Below the pieces are notes generated by a model that saw only the letters and a program-made list of their open reading frames with translations, was not told the DNA's origin and ran no database searches. A DNA stretch of 63,103 nucleotides, filler included, from Actinomycetota bacterium (GTDB lineage: Bacteria > Actinomycetota > Actinomycetes > JAKEEW01), in the NCBI GenBank assembly GCA_046725875.1. It is 4 parts of 4 records of this genome, joined end to end, with 100 filler letters (N's around TTAATTAATTAA, not from the genome) between each part and the next. Parts side by side here need not be neighbours in the genome. Positions count along the whole stretch, not along the records: positions 19,048 to 47,785 come from JBKOZJ010000157.1; positions 47,886 to 54,726 come from JBKOZJ010000163.1; 2 more parts are not named here. The stretch is one strand, 5' to 3'. The stretch's first letter is position 1. Each line of letters opens with the position of its first letter. The translations under genes were made by a program, and so were the position numbers. Of the stretch, positions 39,143-50,595 are shown piece after piece.

Positions 39143-39257
39143 GCGGCGCCCGAAGGCCTGCGGCCGCGGAGGGGGCGGCCGCAGGCCTGACCTTGGAATG
39201 TGCCGCATCCCCACGACCCGTACCCACCGTAGCCAGCCGGGCCCCACGCCGACGCGG

Positions 39258-39284
39258 TTGGCACTCGGGTTGACTGAGTGCTAA
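39258..39284. promoter_or_regulatory. CIRCE element 1 (HrcA operator)
   Basis: TTGGCACTC-N9-GAGTGCTAA. Confidence 0.93.
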
Positions 39285-39305
39285 TGCTCGGCCTAATGTT
39301 CGGGA

Positions 39306-39332
39306 TTGGCACTCTCCGGTCGAGGGTGCCAA
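39306..39332. promoter_or_regulatory. CIRCE element 2 (HrcA operator)
   Basis: TTGGCACTC-N9-GGGTGCCAA. Confidence 0.85.
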
Positions 39333-39424
39333 CGCGACGAGGCAGGTCTGGCACCCGCGACGACAGACCCGGCCGGTCAATTCCGTAACCCGAAGTGACA
39401 TCTCCGGAGGGGGAGGTCAAGAAC

Positions 39425-39736
39425 GTGACGACCGCCACCAAGGTTGCCATCAAGCCACTCGAGGACCGCGTCGTGGTCCAGCCGCTTGAGTCGGAGCAGA
39501 CCACTGCGTCCGGCCTGGTGATTCCGGACACCGCGAAGGAGAAGCCCCAGGAGGGCGTCGTCCTAGCGGTCGGCCCGGGCCGCTGGGACGAGGACGGCGA
39601 GAAGCGGATCCCGCTGGACGTCAAGGAAGGCGACGTGGTGCTGTACAGCAAGTACGGCGGCACCGAGATCAAGTACAACAACGAGGATTACCTCGTCCTC
39701 TCGGCTCGCGACCTGCTCGCGATCGTCGAGAAGTAG
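39425..39736 (+). CDS. groES: Co-chaperonin GroES
   Basis: [36 protein letters not shown]. Confidence 0.98.
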   Translation: MTTATKVAIKPLEDRVVVQPLESEQTTASGLVIPDTAKEKPQEGVVLAVGPGRWDEDGEKRIPLDVKEGDVVLYSKYGGTEIKYNNEDYLVLSARDLLAIVEK

Positions 39737-41476
<1,740 letters not shown>

Positions 41477-41496
41477 CCGCCCTCCCCCCTAGGCGA

Positions 41497-41695
41497 ATGA
41501 ATGTGCCGTTGGCTCGAAAGGTTCGAGCCAACGGCACATTGATCTCAGCGAGTTCCGCAACAACGGCACATTCCTGCGAGACGTCGCGTTCTTAACTCGA
41601 CGAAAGTGCCAACTCGATGAATGTGCCATTCGCTCGAAAGACCCCGGTATGAATGTGCCGCTGAGTCGATAGGTTCGAGCCAACGGCCCATTCAT
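41497..41695. repeat. Cluster of palindromic REP-like repeats (ATGAATGTGCC family)
   Basis: 19-bp perfect stem 41500-41540, further arms near 41562 and 41617, and a full copy at 41649-41695. Confidence 0.82.
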
Positions 41696-41731
41696 GGGTG
41701 CCGGTTTCGAGTCAGTGGCACGTTGATTCAA

Positions 41732-41791
41732 GGTGCGCGGCTGGTGATCCGGGTGCGCGGCTGGTGATCCGGGTGCGCGGCTGGTGATCCG
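41732..41791 (+). repeat. Perfect 20-bp x3 tandem repeat
   Basis: GGTGCGCGGCTGGTGATCCG x3. Confidence 0.92.
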
Positions 41792-41946
41792 GCGCCTGCT
41801 CCTGGATGAGGTCGCTTTCACTCCGGTATCCGCTGACTGATCGGTCGCCTCAGAGGCAAGGGTCCCTACTACCTTTGGGGCGCGCTCCGGGGGAGGCAGG
41901 GGATCTCCCCGATGCGCCGCACGTCGATTGCGCATAGTGTGCAGGC

Positions 41947-43017
41947 GTGTCGATGGAGACCCGGCGGCCGAGCGAAGGACGGCAGTCCCTCGAGAGCCGG
42001 CCGAGCAAGCTGCGGCAACCGATTGAAGCGCCGCGGCGCGGTCGTGCCCAGGCGCCGATCGACACCGGGCAGCTGATCGAGACACGGCAGTTGACCAAGC
42101 AGTACGCCAAGGGCGTGACCGCGCTGGACCAGTTGACGGTCGGCATCGATCCTGGCGTTGTCGGTTTGGTCGGCGCGAACGGCGCCGGAAAGAGTACCCT
42201 GATCAAGATCTTGCTTGGGCTGGTCCCACCCACAAGCGGCTCGGCGAGCGTGCTAGGCATCGACTGCCAAACCGACGGCGAACGGGTAAGGTCGCGGGTC
42301 GGCTACATGCCCGAGCACGACTGCCTGCCGCCCGACATCACGGCGGCGGAGTTCGTCACGCACATGGGGCGGATGTCCGGCCTGCCCGCAACGGTTGCCC
42401 GCGAGCGCGCCGCCGACGCATTGCGCCATGTTGGCCTGCACGAAGAGCGATACCGCCTGATCGGTGGCTACTCGACCGGAATGAAACAGCGAGTGAAGCT
42501 CGCGCAGTCCCTCGTACACGATCCCGCGCTCCTCCTCCTCGACGAGCCCACGAACGGGCTTGACCCGGCCGCCCGCGAGGCGATGCTCACGCTGGTGCGC
42601 CGGATTGGGACAGAGTTCGGCATCTCGGTCTTCGTCGCGTCCCACCTGCTGAGCGAGATCGAGCAGATCTGCGATTCGCTGGTGGCTATCGACGGGGGGA
42701 AACTGCTGCGGCACGACACGATCGCATCCTTCACGGGGCACAGCCAGGTGCTCGCAATCGAAGTGGAGGAGGGCGCCGACGCGCTTGCTGCAAGTCTCGC
42801 CGAGCGCGGTCACCCAACAACCATCGACGACCGCGCATTGTTGCTGCATCTTTCTGATGACGGCATTTACGACCTTGTGCGAGACCTGGTGGTCGACCTC
42901 GGACTGCGGCTGAACCGCCTGGAGCACCGCCGGCACCGGATCGAGGAGCTGTTCGCCGACCAACCCGCCGCCCAGGCCGCAGAGACTCCCGCCGCGATGG
43001 CAGGAGGTACCTCATGA
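41947..43017 (+). CDS. ABC transporter ATP-binding protein
   Basis: GANGAGKS, YSTGMKQR, LLLDEP; start may be later. Confidence 0.92.
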   Translation: MSMETRRPSEGRQSLESRPSKLRQPIEAPRRGRAQAPIDTGQLIETRQLTKQYAKGVTALDQLTVGIDPGVVGLVGANGAGKSTLIKILLGLVPPTSGSASVLGIDCQTDGERVRSRVGYMPEHDCLPPDITAAEFVTHMGRMSGLPATVARERAADALRHVGLHEERYRLIGGYSTGMKQRVKLAQSLVHDPALLLLDEPTNGLDPAAREAMLTLVRRIGTEFGISVFVASHLLSEIEQICDSLVAIDGGKLLRHDTIASFTGHSQVLAIEVEEGADALAASLAERGHPTTIDDRALLLHLSDDGIYDLVRDLVVDLGLRLNRLEHRRHRIEELFADQPAAQAAETPAAMAGGTS

Positions 43018-43934
43018 CGGAGCAGGCAGCACGGGCCACGACAGCGGGCGAGCCAGCGGGTGTCATACATGACATCGGCTACCGCGGCTACGACGGCGCC
43101 CGGCTCGGCCGGAGCTACGGGGTCCGGTCGCTGTTCACCCAGAGCCTGCGCGGCGCATGGGGGATCGGCCGCGGGGCGAAGGCGAAGCTGGTGCCGCTCG
43201 GCATGCTCGGCTTCGTGCTCCTGCCCGCGCTGATTTGGTCGGCAGTGGGCAACCAGGCGAACCGGCGGATGGTCGAATACGCCGACATCCCGGCCACGCT
43301 TCAGATGCCGGTCATCATTTTCCTCGCCGCACAATCGGTCGAGCTGCTCTCGCGCGACTTGCGCCACTCGGTGCTGCCGCTCTACTTCTCGCGGCCGTTG
43401 CGCCGCGACGACTATGTCTGGGCGAAATTCGCGGCGATGGCGACCGCACTCGCCATGTTGATGATTGCCCCGGTGCTGCTCGCCTATCTCGTGACCGCCT
43501 TCGACGGCGACAACGGAACGACGGTATGGGACGAGACCCAGGCTGCGTTCGATGGAGTGGGAATCAGCCTGCTGCACGCGGTCGTGCTGGCCGCGCTCGG
43601 GCTGGTCATCGCCGCCTTCGCGACCAAACGGGTCTATACCATCGGCGCGGTTGTCGCCTTCTTCCTCATCAGCTCGGCCGTCTCCGGCATTGTCGAAGGG
43701 GTCGCCGAATCCAGCCGAGTCCAGGAGCTCGCCCTCATCCTCACGCCATTTCGGCTCCTGGCTGCGACGTACACCTGGCTGACCGGGACTGACACGCAGG
43801 CGGGGCAGATCGAGGAGGGCATGGTGCTGAGGCCGGTTGGCGACTTCGGATGGATGTACGGGCTTGCGACCGTCGCGCTGTTCGGTCTCTGCCTCGGCCT
43901 GCTGCTGGCTCGCTATCGGAGGGTCGGGCGATGA
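43014..43934 (+). CDS. ABC-2 type permease
   Basis: IHDIGYRGY, LPLYFSRPL..DYVWAK, about 6 TM; ATGA overlap. Confidence 0.88.
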   Translation: MTEQAARATTAGEPAGVIHDIGYRGYDGARLGRSYGVRSLFTQSLRGAWGIGRGAKAKLVPLGMLGFVLLPALIWSAVGNQANRRMVEYADIPATLQMPVIIFLAAQSVELLSRDLRHSVLPLYFSRPLRRDDYVWAKFAAMATALAMLMIAPVLLAYLVTAFDGDNGTTVWDETQAAFDGVGISLLHAVVLAALGLVIAAFATKRVYTIGAVVAFFLISSAVSGIVEGVAESSRVQELALILTPFRLLAATYTWLTGTDTQAGQIEEGMVLRPVGDFGWMYGLATVALFGLCLGLLLARYRRVGR

Positions 43935-44926
43935 CCGCACAGTCGAGGTCGGAGGTTCAAGAACAGGGTCGTCCCGCCCAGCCGATGACAACATGGCAGC
44001 CGGCCCAACCAACCGGAACGCTGGTCGAACTGAACAACGCGAGCAAGTGGTACGGCAACGTGGTCGCCGTCAACGACATCACGATGACCATCGGTCCGGG
44101 ACTGACCGGACTGCTCGGCCCGAATGGCGCCGGCAAGTCGACTCTGCTGCACATGATGGCGGGCTTCCTCGCGCCTTCGCGGGGCGAGGTGCTTCTGGGT
44201 GGGCATCCGACCTGGCGGAACATCGACGTTTACCGCAGGCTCGGCCTGGTCACGGAGCGCGACGCGCTCTACGAGTTCCTGACTGGTTGGGAGTTCGTGT
44301 ACGCGAGCGCGAAGCTGCACAAGCTGAGCGATCCACGCGGCGCCGCGCGTCGAGCGATCGATCTGGTCGAAATGGCGGGACCGGCCGACCGCCGCATCCA
44401 GACGTATTCAAAAGGCATGCGGCAACGCATCAAGGTCGCGGGCGCGTTCGTTCACGACCCGCAGGTGCTGTTGCTGGACGAGCCGTTCAACGGAATGGAC
44501 CCACGGCAGCGGCTGCACATGATGGAGCTGCTGCACGGCCTCGCCGGGGAGGGCAGGACGATCCTGTTCAGCTCTCACATCCTGGCAGAGGTCGAGCGGC
44601 TGTCCGGAACCGTGCAGGTGATCGTGTCCGGCCGGCTCGCCGCTTCCGGTGACTACCGGCATATTCGGCGGCTGATGACCAACCGGCCGCATCTCTTCCA
44701 GCTCCGGTCGAGCGACGACCGACGGCTGGCTTCGGTGCTAATCGCCGATCCGTCGGTCGCCGGGGTGGAGCTTGCCGATGGCTTGGTGACCGTCCGGGCG
44801 GCGGACTACGGCGAGTTCACCCACGTCCTGCCGCGGATTGCCCGCAAGCACGAGATCAGACTGCGCGAGATTCTGAACACGGACGAGTCGCTGGACAGCG
44901 TCTTCGCCTACCTGGTGGACCAATGA
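43931..44926 (+). CDS. ABC transporter ATP-binding protein
   Basis: GPNGAGKS, YSKGMRQR, LLLDEP; ATGA overlap. Confidence 0.92.
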   Translation: MTAQSRSEVQEQGRPAQPMTTWQPAQPTGTLVELNNASKWYGNVVAVNDITMTIGPGLTGLLGPNGAGKSTLLHMMAGFLAPSRGEVLLGGHPTWRNIDVYRRLGLVTERDALYEFLTGWEFVYASAKLHKLSDPRGAARRAIDLVEMAGPADRRIQTYSKGMRQRIKVAGAFVHDPQVLLLDEPFNGMDPRQRLHMMELLHGLAGEGRTILFSSHILAEVERLSGTVQVIVSGRLAASGDYRHIRRLMTNRPHLFQLRSSDDRRLASVLIADPSVAGVELADGLVTVRAADYGEFTHVLPRIARKHEIRLREILNTDESLDSVFAYLVDQ

Positions 44927-45651
44927 GACTCAATCCCACGATCATCTCGATCACTCTCCGCGGTCTGCTTGGGCGGCGGCGGGTGTGGCTGCTGATCCCG
45001 CTGCCGCTGATCGTCATCGGCATCGCGCTGCTCGCCCGGCAGGCCGGGGCGACCACCCAGCCCGAGGCAGTCGACATGATCGACGGACTTGGTATCGCGG
45101 CGGTGCTGCCGCTGACCGCTCTCATCGTCGGGACGGCCGTTCTCGGCTCGGAGTTGGAGGACGGCAACCTGATCCACATCCTCGCGAAGCCGGTTCCCCG
45201 CTCCGAGGTTCTACTCAGCAAGCTTTCGGTGGCGATCCTGGTGACCGTCGTGGCAGGCGCTTTGCCGATCCTGCTCGCGGGAATCCTGATTACGGGCTCA
45301 TATGGCAGCCTGGCCCAAGGCTTTCTCGTCGCGGCCTTGGCCGGCGCGGTGATTTATCCGACGATCTTCGTCGCCCTGAGTGCGATTACGAAGCGGGCCG
45401 TGGTCTTCGGGCTGGTCTACCTCCTGCTGTGGGAGGGTGTGCTGGGCACATGGCTCAAGGGGACTCGGGTGCTCAGCGTGCGGCACTACCTCTGGCAGTT
45501 TGCCGATGCCGCTTCGACATCGCCGTTCATAAGTGGCGATGTGTCCTTCGCGACAGCGGTCGTCATGAGCGTCATACTGCTCGGGCTGGCCGTCTGGTTC
45601 GGTACCGACCGGCTGCGCTCGTACCACATGGCCCACGACGCCACGCAGTAG
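44923..45651 (+). CDS. ABC-2 type permease
   Basis: GSELEDG..IHILAKPVPR, about 6 TM. Confidence 0.88.
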   Translation: MRLNPTIISITLRGLLGRRRVWLLIPLPLIVIGIALLARQAGATTQPEAVDMIDGLGIAAVLPLTALIVGTAVLGSELEDGNLIHILAKPVPRSEVLLSKLSVAILVTVVAGALPILLAGILITGSYGSLAQGFLVAALAGAVIYPTIFVALSAITKRAVVFGLVYLLLWEGVLGTWLKGTRVLSVRHYLWQFADAASTSPFISGDVSFATAVVMSVILLGLAVWFGTDRLRSYHMAHDATQ

Positions 45652-45795
45652 ATCTCCGGCCGTCGGGCTGAACCCCGCGGGAGAGGCGCTAAGGCTCCTG
45701 TGTGTTCGTGCCGATGTACTCCGTACGGGGGTTGAAGGGCGGCACTGACCTGGCAGCCCTCGGGGGACGAACGATGTGAAGCCAGGGAGGCGCGC

Positions 45796-46404
45796 GTGAC
45801 AGCTGTGTTCGTGTGCGGGCCGCCGATGGTTAGGGAGACGTTCCGGCGCACACTCGCCGCGCTCCCGGGTGTGGATCGAGTGGTCGTCCTGACGACTGCC
45901 GAAGCGCTGGTTGCCAGATGGAGCGCTGACCGACCGGATCTAGCTTTGATCGATGCCAAAGCTCCAGGCATCGGCGGCGTGGAGACTGTCCGCCGGGTGC
46001 TGCGGGCCGATCCGTCCGCCAAGGTCGTCATCCTCGCATCGCCGGACGACGAAGAGGCCGTGATGGCGGCCGTGGCCATCGGAGCCCGCGGCTACCTGTA
46101 CAAGAACGCCACGCGCACTGAGGTGCGCAGCACCGTGTCCCAGATCGTCTCCGAGGCGTCGTCGCTGGTCGTGGCGCCCTACACCCAGCCGATGCCACGG
46201 GGCGGCCGGCCGGCGCTGACCGAGCGAGAGCTGGAGGTCCTGGCCGGAATGTGCGAAGGTCGGAGCAATGCTGAGATCGGGCGATCGTTGTTCCTGTCGG
46301 AGGACACTGTGAAGACTCACGCGCGCCGCCTTTTCAAGAAGCTCGGGGCGGTCGACCGCGCCCATGCCGTCGCGCTTGGCTACCGCTGGGGTCTCGTTCG
46401 GTGA
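45796..46404 (+). CDS. bldM: BldM-like NarL/LuxR response regulator (atypical receiver)
   Basis: [67 protein letters not shown] closely match Streptomyces BldM; position after groEL1 and before a SigD/ShbA-type sigma. Confidence 0.8.
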   Translation: MTAVFVCGPPMVRETFRRTLAALPGVDRVVVLTTAEALVARWSADRPDLALIDAKAPGIGGVETVRRVLRADPSAKVVILASPDDEEAVMAAVAIGARGYLYKNATRTEVRSTVSQIVSEASSLVVAPYTQPMPRGGRPALTERELEVLAGMCEGRSNAEIGRSLFLSEDTVKTHARRLFKKLGAVDRAHAVALGYRWGLVR

Positions 46405-47111
46405 AACTCCGTCTCGCATCCGATGTAACGTCTGCGCCGGCGGCGCCGACAAGTAGGAGAGGTGACGCGACCGGCGAGGTGGCCACGCTCGTCGCCCGCG
46501 CCGTAGCTGGCGACTCGGACGCCGCAGAGAGGCTGGTCGCGCGGTTCCGCCCGGCGGTGTATAGATACTGCCGGGCCCGACTGGGGGGAACTCCCGGCGC
46601 CGATCACGCAGCCGACGACGCCGCACAGGAGGTGTGCCTGGCCGTGCTGCACGCTTTAACGCGACACCGCACCGACCACCGGGGGAGTCCAGGGGGTACA
46701 TCCCGCCGGGGACTCGACGGCGAGCTGCCTGATACCGGTGCGCCGTTTCGCTTCGGCGCAGCACCGTTCGAGGCCTACGTATTCGGCATCGCTGCGCACA
46801 AGGTCGCCGACGCGCAGCGCGCTGCCGCGCGCTCGGCTAGCCTGCCTGGCGACCTGCCGGACCGGCCCGATGACGCGCCCGGTCCGGAGGATCATGTCGT
46901 ACGGACGAGCGAGGCGCAGCTTGCCCGCGTCCTGCTCGCGCAGCTTCCCGAGACTCAGCGGGAGCTGCTCCTTCTGCGGGTGGCGGTTGGCCTGTCTGCT
47001 GAGGAGACGGGGGCGATCCTCGGTATGTCCAAAGCGGCGGTCCGGGTCATGCAGCATCGCGCGCTGAACCGGCTGCGTGCGCTGGCCAAGGCGACGGTGA
47101 GTAAGCCATGA
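46401..47111 (+). CDS. ECF sigma factor, SigD/ShbA type
   Basis: [56 protein letters not shown]. Confidence 0.88.
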   Translation: MKLRLASDVTSAPAAPTSRRGDATGEVATLVARAVAGDSDAAERLVARFRPAVYRYCRARLGGTPGADHAADDAAQEVCLAVLHALTRHRTDHRGSPGGTSRRGLDGELPDTGAPFRFGAAPFEAYVFGIAAHKVADAQRAAARSASLPGDLPDRPDDAPGPEDHVVRTSEAQLARVLLAQLPETQRELLLLRVAVGLSAEETGAILGMSKAAVRVMQHRALNRLRALAKATVSKP

Positions 47112-47785
47112 GCTGGTCGTTCGACGCACATGACCTTGATCTGCTTGCGGTAGAGGCGGACGAGCGGCTGCTCACCGAGATCGCGGCGCGAATGCAGGCA
47201 GCGCGTCCTCATTCTGACGCGGCGATCGGGCTGCTTTCTGCCCTCGCCATTGACGTGGACGCGCGCCCGATCCCAGGAGGTCGGCTCGTCGCCGGCAACA
47301 CGAACGGGGACTCCACGAGCAGCATTGCCGGCGCCGTAAGCGTACGCCGCCCGTCACCAACGGATCGACCCCGTTCCAACCGTCGTCGCACCACGGCGGC
47401 CGGGTTGGCCGCCGCCGCGGCGCTGCTGTCAGCCGGTGGTGCGGCCGCCGCCGTCACAGCCGCCCCGTTCGCATCCACGATCAAGGAGACCGTTCGGTCG
47501 CTCTTCGACCACGAGTCCGAACCCTCGCGGGCGCAGGTCATCGGTGCGAAGCTTGCCAGCGCAAATGCTGCGCTCGCTCGCGGTGACATTTTCGAAGCCC
47601 AGCGGATTCTGGACGATATCCATGCCACGGTTGAGCAGTCGGATCCCGATGAGGTGCCGGCGAGCCTGGTCGCGCAGATCGAGCAGCTCGAGGCGAAGGT
47701 CGAAGTTGCGACCTACCCACGGGGTCCGCAGATCAGCCCGCCGCTGCCGTCGCCGCTGGCAGACGGTTCGGGCGGTGACCAAGAG
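47108..47785 (+). CDS. Putative RsdA-like membrane anti-sigma factor, truncated by contig end
   Basis: N-terminal DL.AV.AD..LL / LL..L..DVD pattern, Arg cluster + TM; ATGA overlap with the sigma gene. Confidence 0.6.
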
Positions 47786-47885
47786 NNNNNNNNNNNNNNN
47801 NNNNNNNNNNNNNNNNNNNNNNNNNNNNNTTAATTAATTAANNNNNNNNNNNNNNNNNNNNNNNNNNNNNNNNNNNNNNNNNNNN
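47786..47885. other. Artificial contig linker
   Basis: N44-TTAATTAATTAA-N44. Confidence 0.97.
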
Positions 47886-48755
47886 GACCGCGCCTCGACC
47901 TTGGGCATCATGGCCGTGGCGGTCGGCCTGCTGATGATCGGTGGCGAGTTCGACCTGTCCGCCGGTGTCCTCACCGGCACGACGGGTTTGACGATCGGTC
48001 TGCTCGCCACGGAGTACGGGTGGAACCTGTGGGCGGCGATCACGGCCGCGCTGGTGCTCGCTTTGGTCGTCGGTGTCTTCAACGGCGTCACCGTGATGCG
48101 CACCCGGCTGCCGAGCTTCATCGTCACCCTGGGCACGTTCCTGATGCTCCAGGGCCTCAACCTCGGCGTTACCAAGGCCATCACCGGCGGTGTCTTCGTC
48201 CGGGGTCTGGCGGATGTCGACGGATACGAGAGCGCGCGGTCGATCTTCGCCCGTACGTTCCATGTCTTCGGCGCGGACTTCCGGGTAGCGATCCTCTGGT
48301 GGCTGGCGGTCACCGCGCTCGCCACCTGGATCCTCATGCGGACCCGGCCGGGCAACTGGATCTTCTCGGTCGGCGGCAACCAGCAGGCCGCCCGGTCGGT
48401 CGGCGTGCCCGCCTTTCGGACGAAGGTCGCGCTCTTCATGACGACGGCGTTCGCCGCCTGGCTGGTCGGCACGATCGCCGCCGTCCGCTTGACATCGGTC
48501 CAGGCCAACCAGGGGATCGGCGAGGAGTTCATCTACATCATCGCCGCGGTGATCGGCGGATGCCTGCTGACCGGCGGCTACGGGTCGGCGATCGGCGCGT
48601 CGGTCGGTGCGATCATCTTCGGTATGGCCGACCGAGGCATCATCTTCGCCGGCTGGGACGCCGACTGGTTCAAGTTCTTCCTCGGGGTGATGCTGCTGCT
48701 CGCCGCGCTCACGAACGCATATGTCCGGCGCTACGCGGAGAGGACCCGACGATGA
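47886..48755 (+). CDS. Sugar ABC transporter permease (RbsC-like), 5'-truncated
   Basis: [37 protein letters not shown]. Confidence 0.92.
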   Translation, partial: DRASTLGIMAVAVGLLMIGGEFDLSAGVLTGTTGLTIGLLATEYGWNLWAAITAALVLALVVGVFNGVTVMRTRLPSFIVTLGTFLMLQGLNLGVTKAITGGVFVRGLADVDGYESARSIFARTFHVFGADFRVAILWWLAVTALATWILMRTRPGNWIFSVGGNQQAARSVGVPAFRTKVALFMTTAFAAWLVGTIAAVRLTSVQANQGIGEEFIYIIAAVIGGCLLTGGYGSAIGASVGAIIFGMADRGIIFAGWDADWFKFFLGVMLLLAALTNAYVRRYAERTRR

Positions 48756-49588
48756 CGACGCCGACCACGGCCGAGCGCACCGTTCCGCCGGTCCAGGCGC
48801 CACCGCTGCTCGAAGTCGACCAGGTCTCGAAGTACTTCGGCTCGGTCATCGCAGTGTCCGAGGTCTCCACGACGGTGATGGCCGGGGCCGTGACCTGCAT
48901 TCTCGGTGACAACGGCGCCGGGAAGTCCACCCTCATCAAGATCCTCTCCGGGGTGTTCCCGCCCGACGAGGGCCGCTACCTGGTCGACGGCGAACGGGTG
49001 CACTTGACGTCGCCGCGGCAGGCGCTCGACCGCGGCATCGCCACCGTCTACCAGGACCTCGCGATGATCCCTCTGATGTCTGTGTGGCGGAATTTCTTCC
49101 TCGGCTCCGAGCCGACGAAAGGCGCCGGCCCGTTCCGCCGCTTCGACGTAGTGACAGCCAAGCGGACCGCCCGGGCCGAGCTGGCAGGCATGGGAATCGA
49201 CATCCGGGACGTGGATCAGCCGGTTGGAACACTCTCCGGCGGCGAGCGGCAGTCGGTGGCGATCGCGCGCGCCATTCACCATGGCGCCCGGGTGCTGATT
49301 CTCGACGAGCCGACCTCTGCGCTCGGCGTCAAGCAGGCGGGCGTCGTTCTCGGCCGGATCGCTGCCGCGCGGGACCGCGGCCTTGGGGTGATCTTCATCA
49401 CCCACAACCCGCACCACGCCTATCCGGTCGGCGACCGCTTCCTGATCCTCAATCGGGGCCGGAGCATCGGAGAGTACGCCAAGGCCGACATCACCCGGGA
49501 CGAGCTGACCCAGCTGATGGCCGGGGGTGCCGAGCTCGAGCAGCTCGAGCACGAGCTGCGCCGGGTCGAGCTCACGGAGGGATCTTGA
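48752..49588 (+). CDS. Sugar ABC transporter ATP-binding protein
   Basis: [29 protein letters not shown]. Confidence 0.93.
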   Translation: MTTPTTAERTVPPVQAPPLLEVDQVSKYFGSVIAVSEVSTTVMAGAVTCILGDNGAGKSTLIKILSGVFPPDEGRYLVDGERVHLTSPRQALDRGIATVYQDLAMIPLMSVWRNFFLGSEPTKGAGPFRRFDVVTAKRTARAELAGMGIDIRDVDQPVGTLSGGERQSVAIARAIHHGARVLILDEPTSALGVKQAGVVLGRIAAARDRGLGVIFITHNPHHAYPVGDRFLILNRGRSIGEYAKADITRDELTQLMAGGAELEQLEHELRRVELTEGS

Positions 49589-50418
49589 GTACGGATCAAG
49601 AGCGACCGTCGGCAGCTCGCGCGGGGCCGGCCCCGGTATCGGCCGAGCCGGCCGCGGCTCCCCGTGCGGGCACCGATGCGGTCGGCGAAGCGGTAGAGCT
49701 GCGCGTCCTCTCGTACAACATCAGGTCGATGCGGGACGACAAGCAAGCGCTGGTCCGGATCATCAGGGCGTGCGAGCCCGACGTCGTCTGTGTACAGGAG
49801 GCACCGCGCTTCTTCCGCTGGAGGGCGAAATGCGCCTGGCTCGCCCACGAGACCGGGCTGGTCGTGCTCACGGGCGGCCGCGCGGCAGGGGCGATGCTGC
49901 TGCTCGGCAGCCTTCGCACCAAGGTGCTTTATACGGAGAACATCGAGCTCGACAAACTACCCGGCCTGCACCAGCGCGGGATCGCGCTCGCGGTGCTCGA
50001 CGTGCTCGGAGAGCACGACAGCGTGGCTCGGCTGTGCATAGGCAGCATCCACCTATCGCTCGCGGCGCACGAGCGGAGGTCTCAGACCGAGGCTGTCCTT
50101 CACCACTTCGAGCAGGCCTCAACTTTGCCCGAGATCGGAACGCCGCACATCGTCGTCGCCGGCGACATCAACGAGCGGCCGATGGGCGAGTCCTGGCAGC
50201 TGCTTGTCAGCCGGCTGGGCGACGCGTACCTGGCGGCGCCGTGGGGCGGCGAGTTCACGAGCACCGCGCGCAGGCCCTACAAGCGCATCGACGGGATCTT
50301 CGTGTCGTCGCCGATCAAGGTCATCAGCTGCGGGGTCCCCGAGCAGATCCCAGGCCTCGAGGACGCGAGCGACCACCGTCCGGTTCTCGCGACCCTGCGG
50401 GTCCCCGCCCGAGACTAA
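49585..50418 (+). CDS. Endonuclease/exonuclease/phosphatase family protein
   Basis: LSYNI, VCVQE, AGDIN, RIDGIF, ASDHRPV; TTG start overlapping the upstream stop, GGAGG RBS. Confidence 0.88.
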   Translation: MSTDQERPSAARAGPAPVSAEPAAAPRAGTDAVGEAVELRVLSYNIRSMRDDKQALVRIIRACEPDVVCVQEAPRFFRWRAKCAWLAHETGLVVLTGGRAAGAMLLLGSLRTKVLYTENIELDKLPGLHQRGIALAVLDVLGEHDSVARLCIGSIHLSLAAHERRSQTEAVLHHFEQASTLPEIGTPHIVVAGDINERPMGESWQLLVSRLGDAYLAAPWGGEFTSTARRPYKRIDGIFVSSPIKVISCGVPEQIPGLEDASDHRPVLATLRVPARD

Positions 50419-50422
50419 GCGG

Positions 50423-50529
50423 CGCCGTCCCTTGGTAGCAGGGCACCTAGCGCCAATCCCATGGAGCAAGCGACCCTCCTACACCCATGACATTGGGAAC
50501 TAGGTGCCCTGCCACGCCTTGGGACGGCG
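50423..50529. repeat. Long nested palindrome (about 107 bp)
   Basis: CGCCGTCCC/GGGACGGCG outer stem; GCAGGGCACCTAG/CTAGGTGCCCTGC; CCAAT/ATTGG; CATGG/CCATG. Confidence 0.72.
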
Positions 50530-50595
50530 GGACTAGTCCTGGCGGGGCTTTTGTTCACACTGGTGTTGAGCCTGGTTAGACGGAGGCGGTTACCC

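Noticed and set aside
41497..41791. Possible CRISPR array from recurring GAATGTGCC motifs and the 20-bp repeats
   Set aside because: Motifs occur in both orientations with irregular spacing, the 20-mers have no spacers, and there are no cas genes.
45700..45740. BldN-type promoter upstream of bldM (GGTTGA at 45730)
   Set aside because: No CGTAAC -35 element at the expected spacing.
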